In this document: positions 48,743 through 59,278 of the stretch, one piece after another
Numbering within the stretch: the stretch's first letter is position 1
Layout of the letters: each line of letters starts with the position of its first letter
NCBI GenBank assembly: GCA_963723235.1
Contig: CAVRPV010000020.1
Coordinates: forward strand, 19,250 to 83,249
Length of the DNA stretch: 64,000 bases
Source: an uncultured delta proteobacterium
Lineage (GTDB): Bacteria; Desulfobacterota; WTBG01; CAIYCZ01; CAIRTM01
Reading direction: 5' to 3'
Notes under the pieces: generated by a model
What the model saw: only the letters and a program-made list of their open reading frames with translations
Databases searched by the model: none
What the model was told of the DNA's origin: nothing
Made by a program: the position numbers and the translations under genes

Positions 48743-50229
48743 ATGAGAAACGCGCACGCCCCTTCACGAAGAGACTATACCATCCTGTTTGCCCTGTTTT
48801 TTATCACCTATGCCTATTTTTTCCAGGGCGGGGGCTGGAATCAAAATACCAAGGTCTGCCTGATGCGGGCCATGATTCACCAGCAGAGTTTTATCATTGA
48901 CCATTACCGCGAAGACGCAACCAACCCCTATTTTAAATTTGTCAACACCGGCGACTGGTCATACCGCGATGGTCATTATTATACCAACAAGTCTCCCGGC
49001 CTTTCTTTCATGGCTGCCGCCCCGTTTGCGGTCTCAGAATTCATCCTCAAAAAAGCACTGCCCGGAAATGAAGAACGGCAGATCCTGCTCAGCACATACA
49101 TCGCAAATCTCTTTTCAAACAGCCTGCCGGCCGCACTGCTGTGCCTGATGCTGTTTTACGCCGGTAGCGTTTGTTTCGCACTCACAAGGAACCAGGCTCT
49201 GCTGTTGAGCCTGTCTTTCGGGTTTGGAACACTGATTTTTCCCTACAGTACCGTGTTTTACAGCCATGTCCCGGCAGCGGCCCTTTCATTTTTCCCTTTT
49301 CTCTATGCAATGGCCCTCAGGAATACCGCAATCCAGCCACAAAAAAAGACTGCCCTCGTTGCAGGGTGTGCAGCCATGCTGGCTGTTGTGGTCGAGCCGT
49401 CAACAATAATAATGCTGTGCTGCGTGGGCATGTATCTGCTGTCCTTCCGGAACGGCAGGCGCCATATACTCTATTTCGCGGCCGGTTGTATCCCGGCAGC
49501 AGCGCTGCAGCTTTTTATAACAGTGTATGTTTTGGCGGACCCCTTCAGTCAGGATACGCGTTTGCAAACCCTGACGTAATGATCTACGTCAACGGCCGGC
49601 TCTTTGGACGGCCGGGGATAAAAGATTTTATCGGCCTGCTTTTCCTGCCGCACCGGGGCCTTTTTATTAGTTCTCCAATATTGGTATTTGCAATTCCGGG
49701 AGCCATTCTTTTTTTTAAGGAACGCCCCATACTGCGGGATGCTTTCACCTGCCTGCTCATCTCAGCCGGATTTCTTGTATTTATTGCGAGCTTCTATTCA
49801 TGGGACGGGGGCTGGACGCCCGGTCCGCGCTACCTGCTGCCTGCCTTCCCTTTTGCGTTTGTATTGACGGTGCCGATGCTGAAAAAGTTCCCTAAAGCCT
49901 TTGTGTGCGCTGGACTCATTTCTATTGTGATCAATCTTTCAATAACCCTGGTTGCCACGGAGATCCCCCGTGAGCTTCGCAATCCGCTTGTTGATATCAT
50001 ATTTCCAAGCATTGCCGAGGGTAAAGTCTCAATCAACCCGGTTCCCGTCTCGCATTTCAATAACTATCCGGGGATATATGAGCTGCGGGAGCCAAAGAAC
50101 TGGACTCCGAACTTTAACTCATTTAATATGGGCGAACTGCTGTTCCCTCACCATCCGGCAAGCATCCTGCCGCTGCTTGGCTTCTGGCTTGTCTGCGGCT
50201 GGCTATGGCGACGGACAGCAAAACAATAA
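48743..50229 (+). CDS. GT-C-fold membrane glycosyltransferase-like protein, one frameshift near 49515
   Basis: GDWSYRDGHYYTNKSPGLSF, PYSTVFYSH, RGLFISSP and WDGGWTPGPRYLLP. Confidence 0.8.
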
Positions 50230-50340
50230 GGCAATGAAGAGGCATTCTGAACATGCGTGAGAGCGCGGTCAGAGTAGACTCAACACGGCTTGCATAATCC
50301 TTTCTACCAAACGATAACAACTATTTTCAAGGGGCCCTCC

Positions 50341-51493
50341 ATGAAAACGCACGTATCACAGCTTTCCGATATTCCGGTTTTCAAACCTTCATACGGCGCT
50401 GCTGAGTTTAAAGCTCTCAAAAAGGTGCTTCAATCGGGGTGGACCGGGCTCGGCCCGGAGACTGAAGCGTTCGAAAATGAATTTGCTGAATACATCGGGG
50501 TACGTTATGCCGTTGCGGTTAATTCCTGCACAGCCGCTCTGCACCTGGCGCTGAAGGTTGCTGGGGTTGAGGGCGGTGAGGTGATAACAACACCCATGAC
50601 CTTTGTTGCCACAAACCATGCCATTCTTTACAACAGTTCAATTCCCGTTTTTTGCGATATTGAGCCCGACACCCTGAACATAGACCCCGCGCGCATAGAA
50701 GCTCTGATTACAAAAAAAACGCGCGCTATCATGGCCGTCCACTATGGCGGCCATGCCTGCGACATGGATGCCCTGCGCAAAATTGCAAAAAAATACCGTC
50801 TGCGGGTGATCGAGGACTGTGCGCACGCCTGCGGCGGTGAGTACAAAGGAATAAAACTCGGCTCTGTTGGCGATATCGGCTGCTTCAGCTTTCAGGCAGT
50901 AAAAAACCTGTCAACCGGTGACGGCGGGATGATAACGACAAACAGCAAATGTTGGCATGCTGAACTCAAAAAGCTGCGCTGGATGGGAATAACACAGGAT
51001 ACCTGGACACGTGAAAAAAAACGGTATCGACATGACTGGAAGTATAACGTTGAATCAGTCGGGTTTAAATATCACATGAATGACCTGACTGCAGCACTGG
51101 GGACGGGTTCAGCTCAGCAAGCTTGAAAGGCTCAATGAACGCAGAAGAAGGATTGTCCGTGAATATGACCGGGGTCTGCAGCAGCTCTCACACATCGAAA
51201 AGCCGTTTGAAAAGGACTATGCAAAAAGCGCCTGTCACAGCTATGTCATTAAGCTGTCAAAACGCAACGCTCTGCATCTTTTTCTGCAGGAACGGGGCAT
51301 TTCAACCGGCATTCACTATTACCCCAACCATCTGTATCCCGTCTATCGCACGCATTACAGAAGGTTGCCTGTTGCAGAGCGTGTCTGGAAGAAAATTCTG
51401 AGCCTGCCGCTGTATCCGGACTTATCTGTACGCGAGGCCCGCAGAATTGTTGCCTGCATCAGGGAGTTTTATGAAAAAGAATACGTACAATAA
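50341..51493 (+). CDS. DegT/DnrJ/EryC1/StrS sugar aminotransferase, one frameshift near 51105
   Basis: AVNSCTAALH, VHYGG, EDCAHA, FSFQAVKNL..GDGG and GFKYHMND. The next frame continues to SLPLYP and a stop at 51493. Confidence 0.92.
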
Positions 51494-51540
51494 CCTCGCA
51501 CATGCGAAAAAACATATCCGTCACATACGGCGTGCCATGC

Positions 51541-52242
51541 TTAATGCCTTGCAAAAAACGATTTCAGAATGACCCAGTATGTCTGTATGAAATACACCAG
51601 CCCCGTTCGCCAGTTCACCGAAGACATGTCTTCAAAATATTTTGCCGGGACGTCGATATTGACAATGCCCAGCCCTGTGCGAACCGCCCACACATTCAGC
51701 TCCTCGTCAAAAATAAAACCGTCGCTGAAATGCATGAGGGGTGCTACTGCCAGCAAACCGACACTGTAGGCCTTGTACCCGGTCGCAAAGTCCCTGATGC
51801 GTGTCCCGAGCAGGATGTTCATCAGAAATGCGTGCACATGGTTGCCGACAATTTTATACAGCGGCATGCGGCCATTTCGCGCCGTCTTCATGCGATTGCC
51901 CAGCACAAGACCAATCCCTCCGTCGGCAATCGGCTGTATCATGGCAGGTATGCATGCGGGGTCATACTGATAATCGCCATGCACCATGACGGCAATATCA
52001 TATCCATGTTCAACGGCATAGCGGTAGCACGTTTTTTGGCTGGCACCATATCCCATGTTGCGGGGATGGCTGATAACCGTCACACCGGCTCGCATGGCAC
52101 ACGCACAGGTTTCATCAATTGATCCGTCATCAACGACAAGGACCTCATCGACGCAATCCGGCATATCGCCGAGCACGCTCCCAATTGTCCTTTCGGCATT
52201 AAATGCCGGCACAACAGCAATAACCCGTTTGTTCCCAACCAT
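51541..52242 (-). CDS. GT2 glycosyltransferase (polyprenol-phosphate type)
   Basis: PAFNAE, VDDGSID, NMGYG, HGDYQY, LGNR and DFATGYKAY. Confidence 0.93.
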   Translation of the reverse strand: MVGNKRVIAVVPAFNAERTIGSVLGDMPDCVDEVLVVDDGSIDETCACAMRAGVTVISHPRNMGYGASQKTCYRYAVEHGYDIAVMVHGDYQYDPACIPAMIQPIADGGIGLVLGNRMKTARNGRMPLYKIVGNHVHAFLMNILLGTRIRDFATGYKAYSVGLLAVAPLMHFSDGFIFDEELNVWAVRTGLGIVNIDVPAKYFEDMSSVNWRTGLVYFIQTYWVILKSFFARH

Positions 52243-52283
52243 GATGCACCTTTCGCTGCTTGAACGCGATTCACAGCCGCAAA

Positions 52284-54227
52284 CTATTCTTCCTCAGTCA
52301 GAACATCAATCACCAAAGGGCTTATCCACTGAACACCTGTGCCGTCCGCTGCAGCAACAATTCTTGTTTTCCGTTTTTTAGCTCCCGCTTCTGTGAGCCT
52401 GCATGACCATGTTATTTCCTTAAAGGAAAATGCCGGCACCGAAAGATCGACTGTCCGGTCTCCGTCAATTTCCAACCCTGCATCGTCTGGTGTAATACTG
52501 AGAGTAATGCCGCAATCAGTGCCCGAAAAATTATTTACCCTGATGCATAGCGGAAAAGCCCCTGCACGTCCGGCACGCGGCCTGTATCCCTCAACGGATG
52601 CCTGTATCTGTTCTGGATTAAAAACATGCTGGAGAACAATAGGCGACGGATCGGGTTTTCTGTCTGCCCTCCCCTTGCCTGCGGCATAGAGCTGCATTGC
52701 GCGCGTATCTGTTTTCAGCAGCGGGGCAATGCTGTGATAATCAGTCCATATGTAGGTTATTCCGTCCGATGTCGGAATAGTTTGCTGTGAGGATGCGTTG
52801 ATTATGCGCCCGTCAATTCCCTCAATTCTCTGACAGGGCAGGCGACTGTCGAGCATGACATGCCCGGCCCGGGGTCCTGCAAATACTACGATTACGCACT
52901 GCTCATCTGAGGCAAACACCCTGGCCCGCTTGATGGATGCATGAACAACGGCGAGATCGCCGACATAGGAGAGATTTGAAAGAGCCCTGACCGCCTGTGC
53001 ATAAGCCGCAAAAAGGAGCAGGGGCGAATAATTTTTGTCAAGCATGCCATAGTTCCTGCCTGCTTCAGAATAGGGTATGAATAAAAAGGGGAAGAATCTT
53101 TCTATGCCGCAAGCCCGCGATTCAACCGTTTTGGCAGCCAGGTCAAGAGCGCCGGCATGCGCCTCACTGTCAAGACCCGGCCTGATGGTATCATCAGCCC
53201 AGGGCAGGATTGATTCCGTGAACCATATCGGCATATTTTTTCTGCCATACGTGTTCAGCTGCGTTCTGAGGTGCGCAACCTGTTCTTCAAACTCATCAGG
53301 ACTTTTATACGGATGAAAGGTAAGGACATCCAGATGAGAGAAGAGTTCATTCGCCCCGCAGGCATCAATAAAGCTCTCGGGACAGAAACCGGCAAAGCCG
53401 CCCCCGGCCAGGGGGCGCATATCGGCCTCGCTGCATGCATAGGCAGCTGCTTTCATGAAGGAGCAATACTGATCAGCCGGAAGGTTGCCGCCATGAGGCC
53501 CCCATTCCGGTTCGGTCCAGGCTTCAAGAGCCCCCCAGTGTTTCTGCCAGCGTCCAATAACAACTTTCAAGGAACGGACTGCCGCGACAAGATCCTGCGG
53601 ATAGGGTTTGCCTGTCGTGCACATCCATGCGGGGGCATTGTGGAACAGATCCGCCACTCGCAAGCCATACGCAGAATAAAGCTGACGAAGGTGTTCTGAG
53701 GCATTGTTAGCCTGCCAGTTCCACTGTTTGCCGGCAATCTGCAGGGCCTTCCAGTCCAGCCTGTCTTTGACACAGCCAATCCCCGTTCGTTTTAAAATGG
53801 AAAGCAGAGCAATGCGCACGGCGGTTGGCAGATCAATATTTGAAAGCGCCGCATCGATAGAAAAAAATTGATCAGGCTGTGAATGCTGGGCCGGCAGGGA
53901 CACAATACCATAGCGTTGCCCAGTCTCACGAAAGGTGATTTCGAAAAAACCCTGGGGAAGTGTAACGGGCACGGTAACAGTGCCATTGTCGGCCGGGTTG
54001 ACTGTCGAGCTGGCAATAGTCGTTCCGGTGCAGTCGGAAATTGAATAATGCAGCGTTTGTTTGTTGCCCGGTCCGGTAATGTTCCATGACATGAATGTTT
54101 TTTCACCCGGAACGCAAAAAAACTGTTCGGGGCTTGCGGGCTCAAGCATATACACGCGCGGATTTAATCGAAAAAACAGCAGCACTGCAAAAACGATTGA
54201 CGCACAAATAAAAATTTTAGTTTTCAT
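52284..54227 (-). CDS. Membrane-anchored clan GH-A-like glycoside hydrolase (GH39/GH5-like) with flanking beta domains
   Basis: N-terminal TM, DRLDW, EAWTEPE (acid/base region), TFHPY and IWFTES (nucleophile region). Confidence 0.6.
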   Translation of the reverse strand: MKTKIFICASIVFAVLLFFRLNPRVYMLEPASPEQFFCVPGEKTFMSWNITGPGNKQTLHYSISDCTGTTIASSTVNPADNGTVTVPVTLPQGFFEITFRETGQRYGIVSLPAQHSQPDQFFSIDAALSNIDLPTAVRIALLSILKRTGIGCVKDRLDWKALQIAGKQWNWQANNASEHLRQLYSAYGLRVADLFHNAPAWMCTTGKPYPQDLVAAVRSLKVVIGRWQKHWGALEAWTEPEWGPHGGNLPADQYCSFMKAAAYACSEADMRPLAGGGFAGFCPESFIDACGANELFSHLDVLTFHPYKSPDEFEEQVAHLRTQLNTYGRKNMPIWFTESILPWADDTIRPGLDSEAHAGALDLAAKTVESRACGIERFFPFLFIPYSEAGRNYGMLDKNYSPLLLFAAYAQAVRALSNLSYVGDLAVVHASIKRARVFASDEQCVIVVFAGPRAGHVMLDSRLPCQRIEGIDGRIINASSQQTIPTSDGITYIWTDYHSIAPLLKTDTRAMQLYAAGKGRADRKPDPSPIVLQHVFNPEQIQASVEGYRPRAGRAGAFPLCIRVNNFSGTDCGITLSITPDDAGLEIDGDRTVDLSVPAFSFKEITWSCRLTEAGAKKRKTRIVAAADGTGVQWISPLVIDVLTEEE

Positions 54228-54577
54228 AAAGCGTATGCTAAACGACTGGTTGGTTTTTATCTATCATCAAGTGGTATTGAACAATAATAAGAGAAAGGAA
54301 CAAAGGTGTCAAGAATCCAAGGCGGCACGGAAGTCTCCGTTCAATCCCAGGAGATATCTCACTTTTTATGAAATCACTGCCCCCTGAAACCGCAAGACGT
54401 CTTTCTATATAGTGTGCACGCTCACGTGCATGTCAGCCGGGAAACGCTGTTGTGCATTGTTCAGGACCAGTGCACAGCAGTATTTTTTTCGAGGTTCATG
54501 ACTTGATTTCAAACATCAAAACTGCTATGTTTTAAAAACACTGCACAACAAAACCATCAGCATGAAAGGTACTGACA

Positions 54578-55345
54578 ATGCCCGCAAAAACAGCCACGAT
54601 CCGCTGCCTGTTGATATGCCTCATTCTGGCGGCAGCGCCATACTCGTACGCCTCAGACGCCAGTACAACACCGGCCCGCACAGCTGACGCCGGTTCATCC
54701 GTTAATGATGACCCGTTCGGAAACGAAACCGATGACAGCGCAATTTCCGGCCAGGATTTCCCGGACCCGATTCAGGGCTTTAACCGGCCCATGTATACCT
54801 TTAACGACAAAATGTACTATTATGTTCTCAAGCCTACCGCACAGGGCGTTGCCTTTGTGCTGCCCAGGCCATCAAGGGTATGTGTGGTGAATTTCTTTTA
54901 CAATCTGTCCATGCCGATCCGGGCGCTCAACTGCCTGTTCCAGGGCAGAGGGCCCGATCTCGGCGTTGAGCTCTGGCGCTTCATCATCAATTCAACCGCC
55001 GGCGTTGGCGGGCTGTTCGATCCGGCCAACAGTTTCTTCCATCTGCCGACATACAAGGAGGATACGGGTCTGACCTTCGGACACTACGGTGCGGGGCCTG
55101 GATTTTATTTAATGATTCCGGTGCTTGGAGCCTCAAGCGGAAGGGATGGTACAGGAACAGTGTTCGACTTCGCCATGGATCCGCTCACATACATGCCCGT
55201 CCCCGGCCTCAGGTTGCTTGAAACAGTATTCAAAACCTCTCTTGAACCGGATGCCTATGATGAGATCAAGGCTGCCTCGCTTGATCCCTATGTCGCGATC
55301 CGCAACGGCTACCTGCAGAAGCGCGAATCAGAAATTAAGGAATAA
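54578..55345 (+). CDS. mlaA: MlaA/VacJ-family protein
   Basis: DPIQGFNRPMYTFND, RFIINSTAGVGGLFD, EDTGLTFGHYG and DPYVAIRNGYLQ. Confidence 0.92.
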   Translation: MPAKTATIRCLLICLILAAAPYSYASDASTTPARTADAGSSVNDDPFGNETDDSAISGQDFPDPIQGFNRPMYTFNDKMYYYVLKPTAQGVAFVLPRPSRVCVVNFFYNLSMPIRALNCLFQGRGPDLGVELWRFIINSTAGVGGLFDPANSFFHLPTYKEDTGLTFGHYGAGPGFYLMIPVLGASSGRDGTGTVFDFAMDPLTYMPVPGLRLLETVFKTSLEPDAYDEIKAASLDPYVAIRNGYLQKRESEIKE

Positions 55346-55366
55346 ATTTTTCGAGGTCCGGTGACC

Positions 55367-56216
55367 CTACTTCCAGGCAACAATCAGACTGACATTGGGC
55401 AGTCCGATTGTTGCCTGCACCTGCCGATCGACGATGATGTGCTCTGAAAAGCAGCGCTCCAGCAGAGGCTGCACATCACGGTACATCAGCGGCTTCAGAC
55501 CTATCCGCTCAAAAAGCAAGTCATAAGCAAACAACTCACCGGTATAATTGAAATAATCCCCCAGCACCAGTACGTCTGCGACCCGTGCCAGATTCTCAAT
55601 CGCCCCGAAATTGGCATACGTTAAACTGGCCCGTTCATACAGCAGCACAGGTGCGCTCAACGCATCAAGCTGCTGCGGAGCAGACTGGTTAACATCCCAG
55701 AGAACCGTGTCGATCTGCCGGCCGGGAAACTTCGCATGCAGACCGGACAGGTTGTCAAGCACGGTCGCATGCGCATCAGTAATTACAAGCGGCTGATTCA
55801 TATTGTTTTTCTGCAAAGCCTCCAGCATGAACCCTGACAAGTTGCCGCGCCCTGCGCCGATCTCCAGCATGGTTTTAATACCGCCGGACGTTGCAAGCGC
55901 GGTCGCAATCCCCACAATGGTATCACCCCACAGCTTGTAAAACGGTGTCTGTGACCGCTTTCGCAAAAAGCCGCGCAATGCGGGGATCATTCCAGTTGAA
56001 TTGCTCTTCGCCGCCCATATCGAGCACAACGTCGGCCCACTCGTAATCAGACTTAAAAAAATCAGGCACATCCTCAAGCCTGACCTGTTTACCCGCTACC
56101 ATGCTGTCGGACTGTTCGGCCCAGGTACGCCACAAAGCCGCATGCCTGCTCAAAAAATCAACATATGGTTCCTGCCAGCCGGCGATTGCCTGATCAACCT
56201 GCCCACGAGTTATCAT
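55367..56216 (-). CDS. Putative class I SAM-dependent methyltransferase, one frameshift near 55985
   Basis: MITRGQV..NWNDP joins ALRGFLRKRS..LEIGAGRG..ITD..WDV. RBS GGAGG. Confidence 0.65.
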
Positions 56217-56280
56217 ATACACCTCCCCTGTCTGCGCTGATTTATCTGATCTTTGTTCTGATTTCACCCCACCCTGATAG

Positions 56281-57417
56281 TCAAGCCTGCCTGCGAGTCC
56301 GGGATGCGGACTTTGGCTGCAGACCTGAAAGTATGCGGTCATATTTTTTTGTTGCAGGATACGCTGACGTTGCAGCCATATCAACAAGCTGCTGTATCAG
56401 TTTTTTCTCGGCCCGCGTCATTTTAGCGGGCATTTCCACAACCAGACGGATAATCAGATCACCACGGCGCTTGGCTGTCGGCATATACGGCCCCTGGCCC
56501 TGCAAACGGATTTCCTGCCCGTCACATGCTCCCGGCGGCACATCAATGGTTGCAATACCGTCGAGCGTCGGAACATCGATTTTTCCTCCGGCAAGCGCCC
56601 GGTACACCGGAACAGGAACCCGGCATACCAGCCTGCCGTCTTCGAGTTGTAACAAGGGATGTTTTGCCACCTGTACCACCACCAGAAAATCTCCGTCCTT
56701 CCCGCCCGCGGCCCCGCGGGTTCCAAGCCCCTTTAAATGCAGCCGCGTGCCTGTTTCAATGCCTGCAGGAACGTTGACCTGAATTACGCGAAATGATTCA
56801 ACCTTGCCGTTGCCGCTGCAGCGTCGGCAACGATCCATGTACACCCGGCCTGATCCCCGGCAATTATCACATTGCTTCCGAATTCCCGCAGTCAGCGGGT
56901 TGCGCCCGGTGCCATGGCAATGCGTACAGCGATGCTGCCGCGCACCGGCCGGAATACCTGAGCCCCCACAGCGCGGACAATCCACTGAAATCGGAAAACG
57001 AATCTCCTTCACACAGCCCAATGCCGCCTCATGAAAGGCAACTTTCACGTTGAGGCGCACATCCGCTCCCCGCTCCCCGCGCCGGTGTCCTGATGCGCTG
57101 CTCGAACTGTAAAAACCCTTAAAGAAGTCGCTCAGTTCGCTGTCAACCGGATGAAAATCATCATACCATGCGGCTGCCTGTCGGGGTGTTCTTTTTGGCT
57201 GCAGCCGGTTTAAATACCGATCATAATCCGCGCGCCTGTCAGGATCGCGCAACTGGTCATAGGCCTCATTGATAAGCTTGAAACGCTCTTCGGCATCCGC
57301 GTTGCCGGGGTTGCGATCCGGATGAAACTTTTTAGCAAATTCGCGAAAATTTTTTTTAATTTCAGCGGCAGTGGCCTCCGGACGCAGATCAAGCAGCTGA
57401 TAATAATCAGGCTTCAT
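56281..57417 (-). CDS. DnaJ-family (class A-like) co-chaperone
   Basis: J domain with HPD, four CxxCxGxG repeats, and C-terminal VPAG..G.GD domains. Confidence 0.92.
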   Translation of the reverse strand: MKPDYYQLLDLRPEATAAEIKKNFREFAKKFHPDRNPGNADAEERFKLINEAYDQLRDPDRRADYDRYLNRLQPKRTPRQAAAWYDDFHPVDSELSDFFKGFYSSSSASGHRRGERGADVRLNVKVAFHEAALGCVKEIRFPISVDCPRCGGSGIPAGARQHRCTHCHGTGRNPLTAGIRKQCDNCRGSGRVYMDRCRRCSGNGKVESFRVIQVNVPAGIETGTRLHLKGLGTRGAAGGKDGDFLVVVQVAKHPLLQLEDGRLVCRVPVPVYRALAGGKIDVPTLDGIATIDVPPGACDGQEIRLQGQGPYMPTAKRRGDLIIRLVVEMPAKMTRAEKKLIQQLVDMAATSAYPATKKYDRILSGLQPKSASRTRRQA

Positions 57418-58403
57418 AGCAATTCCGGGTAATAGCACATGAAGGGCCGGCAGCTTCGCTCGTATACGCTCCCGTACAGTGTGCGCGCATGCTGCAGGTA
57501 GCAGTCGCGCTCAACGTTTCCCGAGCGCACCTGTTCAAGCAGCGTGCTGATAAAGCGCACATCCTTGAGCTTGCGATCAAGCGGGTTGCCGCGACCGACA
57601 ATTTTCACACTGCCAATCCCCATCGCATACAGATCAAAAAGCGCGCACGCACCGCAGGGATGGTCATCAACATGTACCCGTTCCCAGAGTTTTTGTCGCT
57701 GTATTTGGGGCGAATCCGCAGGCAGGATACGCGTTTTTCCGGACGTCTGTATGCTGAAACCGCTCACCTTAAACGGCAGCATACAGGCATTACGATACAT
57801 GGAAGGTATTTCACGACCGGACAGCCCGTGCTGAAACGTGCAAAAGCCGTCAATATTAACGCAGCGTGAATTCAGGATAAAAACCGTACAATCAATATCG
57901 CGGACATTGCCGCTCAGACGGCGTATTTCTTCGACCGAAAGATGGCGCGGCAATGTAATATTGGCCACACCCAGCTCTTTAAAAAATTCTACGCTCCTGT
58001 GGTTAAACACGGTAGTACCCGTACTGCAGTGAAGCGGCACACTGTATGCGCGTTCCTGCAGCGCGGCGATCAGGCCGAAGTCGCTGACTATGAAAGCATC
58101 CACCCCGGCCTCAAGCGCACCGTCGATATACTGCCACAAAAGCTCATACTGCTCTGCTGTGTAATAGTGCTCATTAAGCGTAAAGTACACCGGAACCGAG
58201 CGATCGTGCGCGCGACTGACAGCATCTTGCAGATCGGAAAAGGTGCGGAAATGTCCCTTGCCGGCCGGTCGGCGGTTAAGGGAAATAACCGGGTAGCGCT
58301 CATGCCAGCGCTCATCCAGCAGACCGCAGTAAAATTCACCGGCGCCCGCATCAATGAGCACATCTACCTCTGCGGCGCTGTCAAGGGGCGATAGGATTTT
58401 CAT
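57414..58403 (-). CDS. U32-family Fe-S protein, UbiU-like
   Basis: GAGEFYCG, HCSTGT, TLPRHLS, Cx6C (CVNIDGFC)..NAC..CGAC and VKIVGR. Confidence 0.85.
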   Translation of the reverse strand: MKILSPLDSAAEVDVLIDAGAGEFYCGLLDERWHERYPVISLNRRPAGKGHFRTFSDLQDAVSRAHDRSVPVYFTLNEHYYTAEQYELLWQYIDGALEAGVDAFIVSDFGLIAALQERAYSVPLHCSTGTTVFNHRSVEFFKELGVANITLPRHLSVEEIRRLSGNVRDIDCTVFILNSRCVNIDGFCTFQHGLSGREIPSMYRNACMLPFKVSGFSIQTSGKTRILPADSPQIQRQKLWERVHVDDHPCGACALFDLYAMGIGSVKIVGRGNPLDRKLKDVRFISTLLEQVRSGNVERDCYLQHARTLYGSVYERSCRPFMCYYPELL

Positions 58404-58442
58404 GACACACGGGGCTCCTGCGCGCTGCAGTGCGCGCGATCA

Positions 58443-59264
58443 TCAGGCCGGAATCTCCGGCTGTACCACAATGCGATCGAATTGGCCGTCTGCAAGATTA
58501 TCAGGCACGTTGTCATTCACGTAAAACATGGCGTTGCCCTTGCGCAACAGGGGAACGCGCATTACCGGATTGTCGAGCTGAAAAATATATTCCCGGCACT
58601 GCTGAGCGCAGGCCTGCACACCCACAAAATCCATACGCTCAGGATTATCGCAGTCGGCTGCCAGACAAAACCGGGTGGTGGACACAAAAACATACGGGAT
58701 ATACAGCGACTTCATGATTGCCGGGTCAGTATCCTCAAGCCGGATGCCCTGCAGCTGATTGTCAAATTCAACCCGGTACACAGAACGCTTTTTCAAGAAA
58801 GAGCAGGCCGCGTCAGCGCTCAGCACGCAGGACTCGAAATAATTGCGGCAGGATCCCGGAAGCTTGTCAATAATGTTCATAATACGCGGGCCGCGCTTGG
58901 TTTTATTAAGCAGACGTCCCATCACCGGCACAAACTCCGGATACTCCTGCCGCAGCAAATCAAGCACGCCCCAGTCATTAAAAACCACTTCCACCTGCAT
59001 ACCCATATCGCGCACGGCATCAAGCAGGGACACCAGGCGCTCAAGGCCGGTGTCAGTGACGTACGGAGTCATCAGGGTCAGCCCAAGGGCACGCCTTTGA
59101 ACAAATGCTGCGATTTTGCTGACATCATCAAGCGAAGGAATCAACCGCTCACAGAATTCCGCACCAAAATACATCCGGGCAAAGCCTTCCCGCACGTATT
59201 CAAGCTGGTGAAGACGGGTTATGTAGAGTGCCTGCTCCATAACGATACTACAACCTGCGAATGA
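58443..59264 (-). CDS. U32-family partner protein, UbiV-like
   Basis: YFGAEFCERLIP, VVFNDWG, RFC and ACAQQC cysteines. It is adjacent to the UbiU-like gene. Confidence 0.7.
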   Translation of the reverse strand, partial: SFAGCSIVMEQALYITRLHQLEYVREGFARMYFGAEFCERLIPSLDDVSKIAAFVQRRALGLTLMTPYVTDTGLERLVSLLDAVRDMGMQVEVVFNDWGVLDLLRQEYPEFVPVMGRLLNKTKRGPRIMNIIDKLPGSCRNYFESCVLSADAACSFLKKRSVYRVEFDNQLQGIRLEDTDPAIMKSLYIPYVFVSTTRFCLAADCDNPERMDFVGVQACAQQCREYIFQLDNPVMRVPLLRKGNAMFYVNDNVPDNLADGQFDRIVVQPEIPA

Positions 59265-59278
59265 GAAACGCTGCACCG

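Noticed and set aside
54578-54660. MlaA without a lipobox cysteine
   Set aside because: It is real in the sequence, but non-lipidated MlaA variants are, to my recollection, already known outside Enterobacteria. Low novelty.
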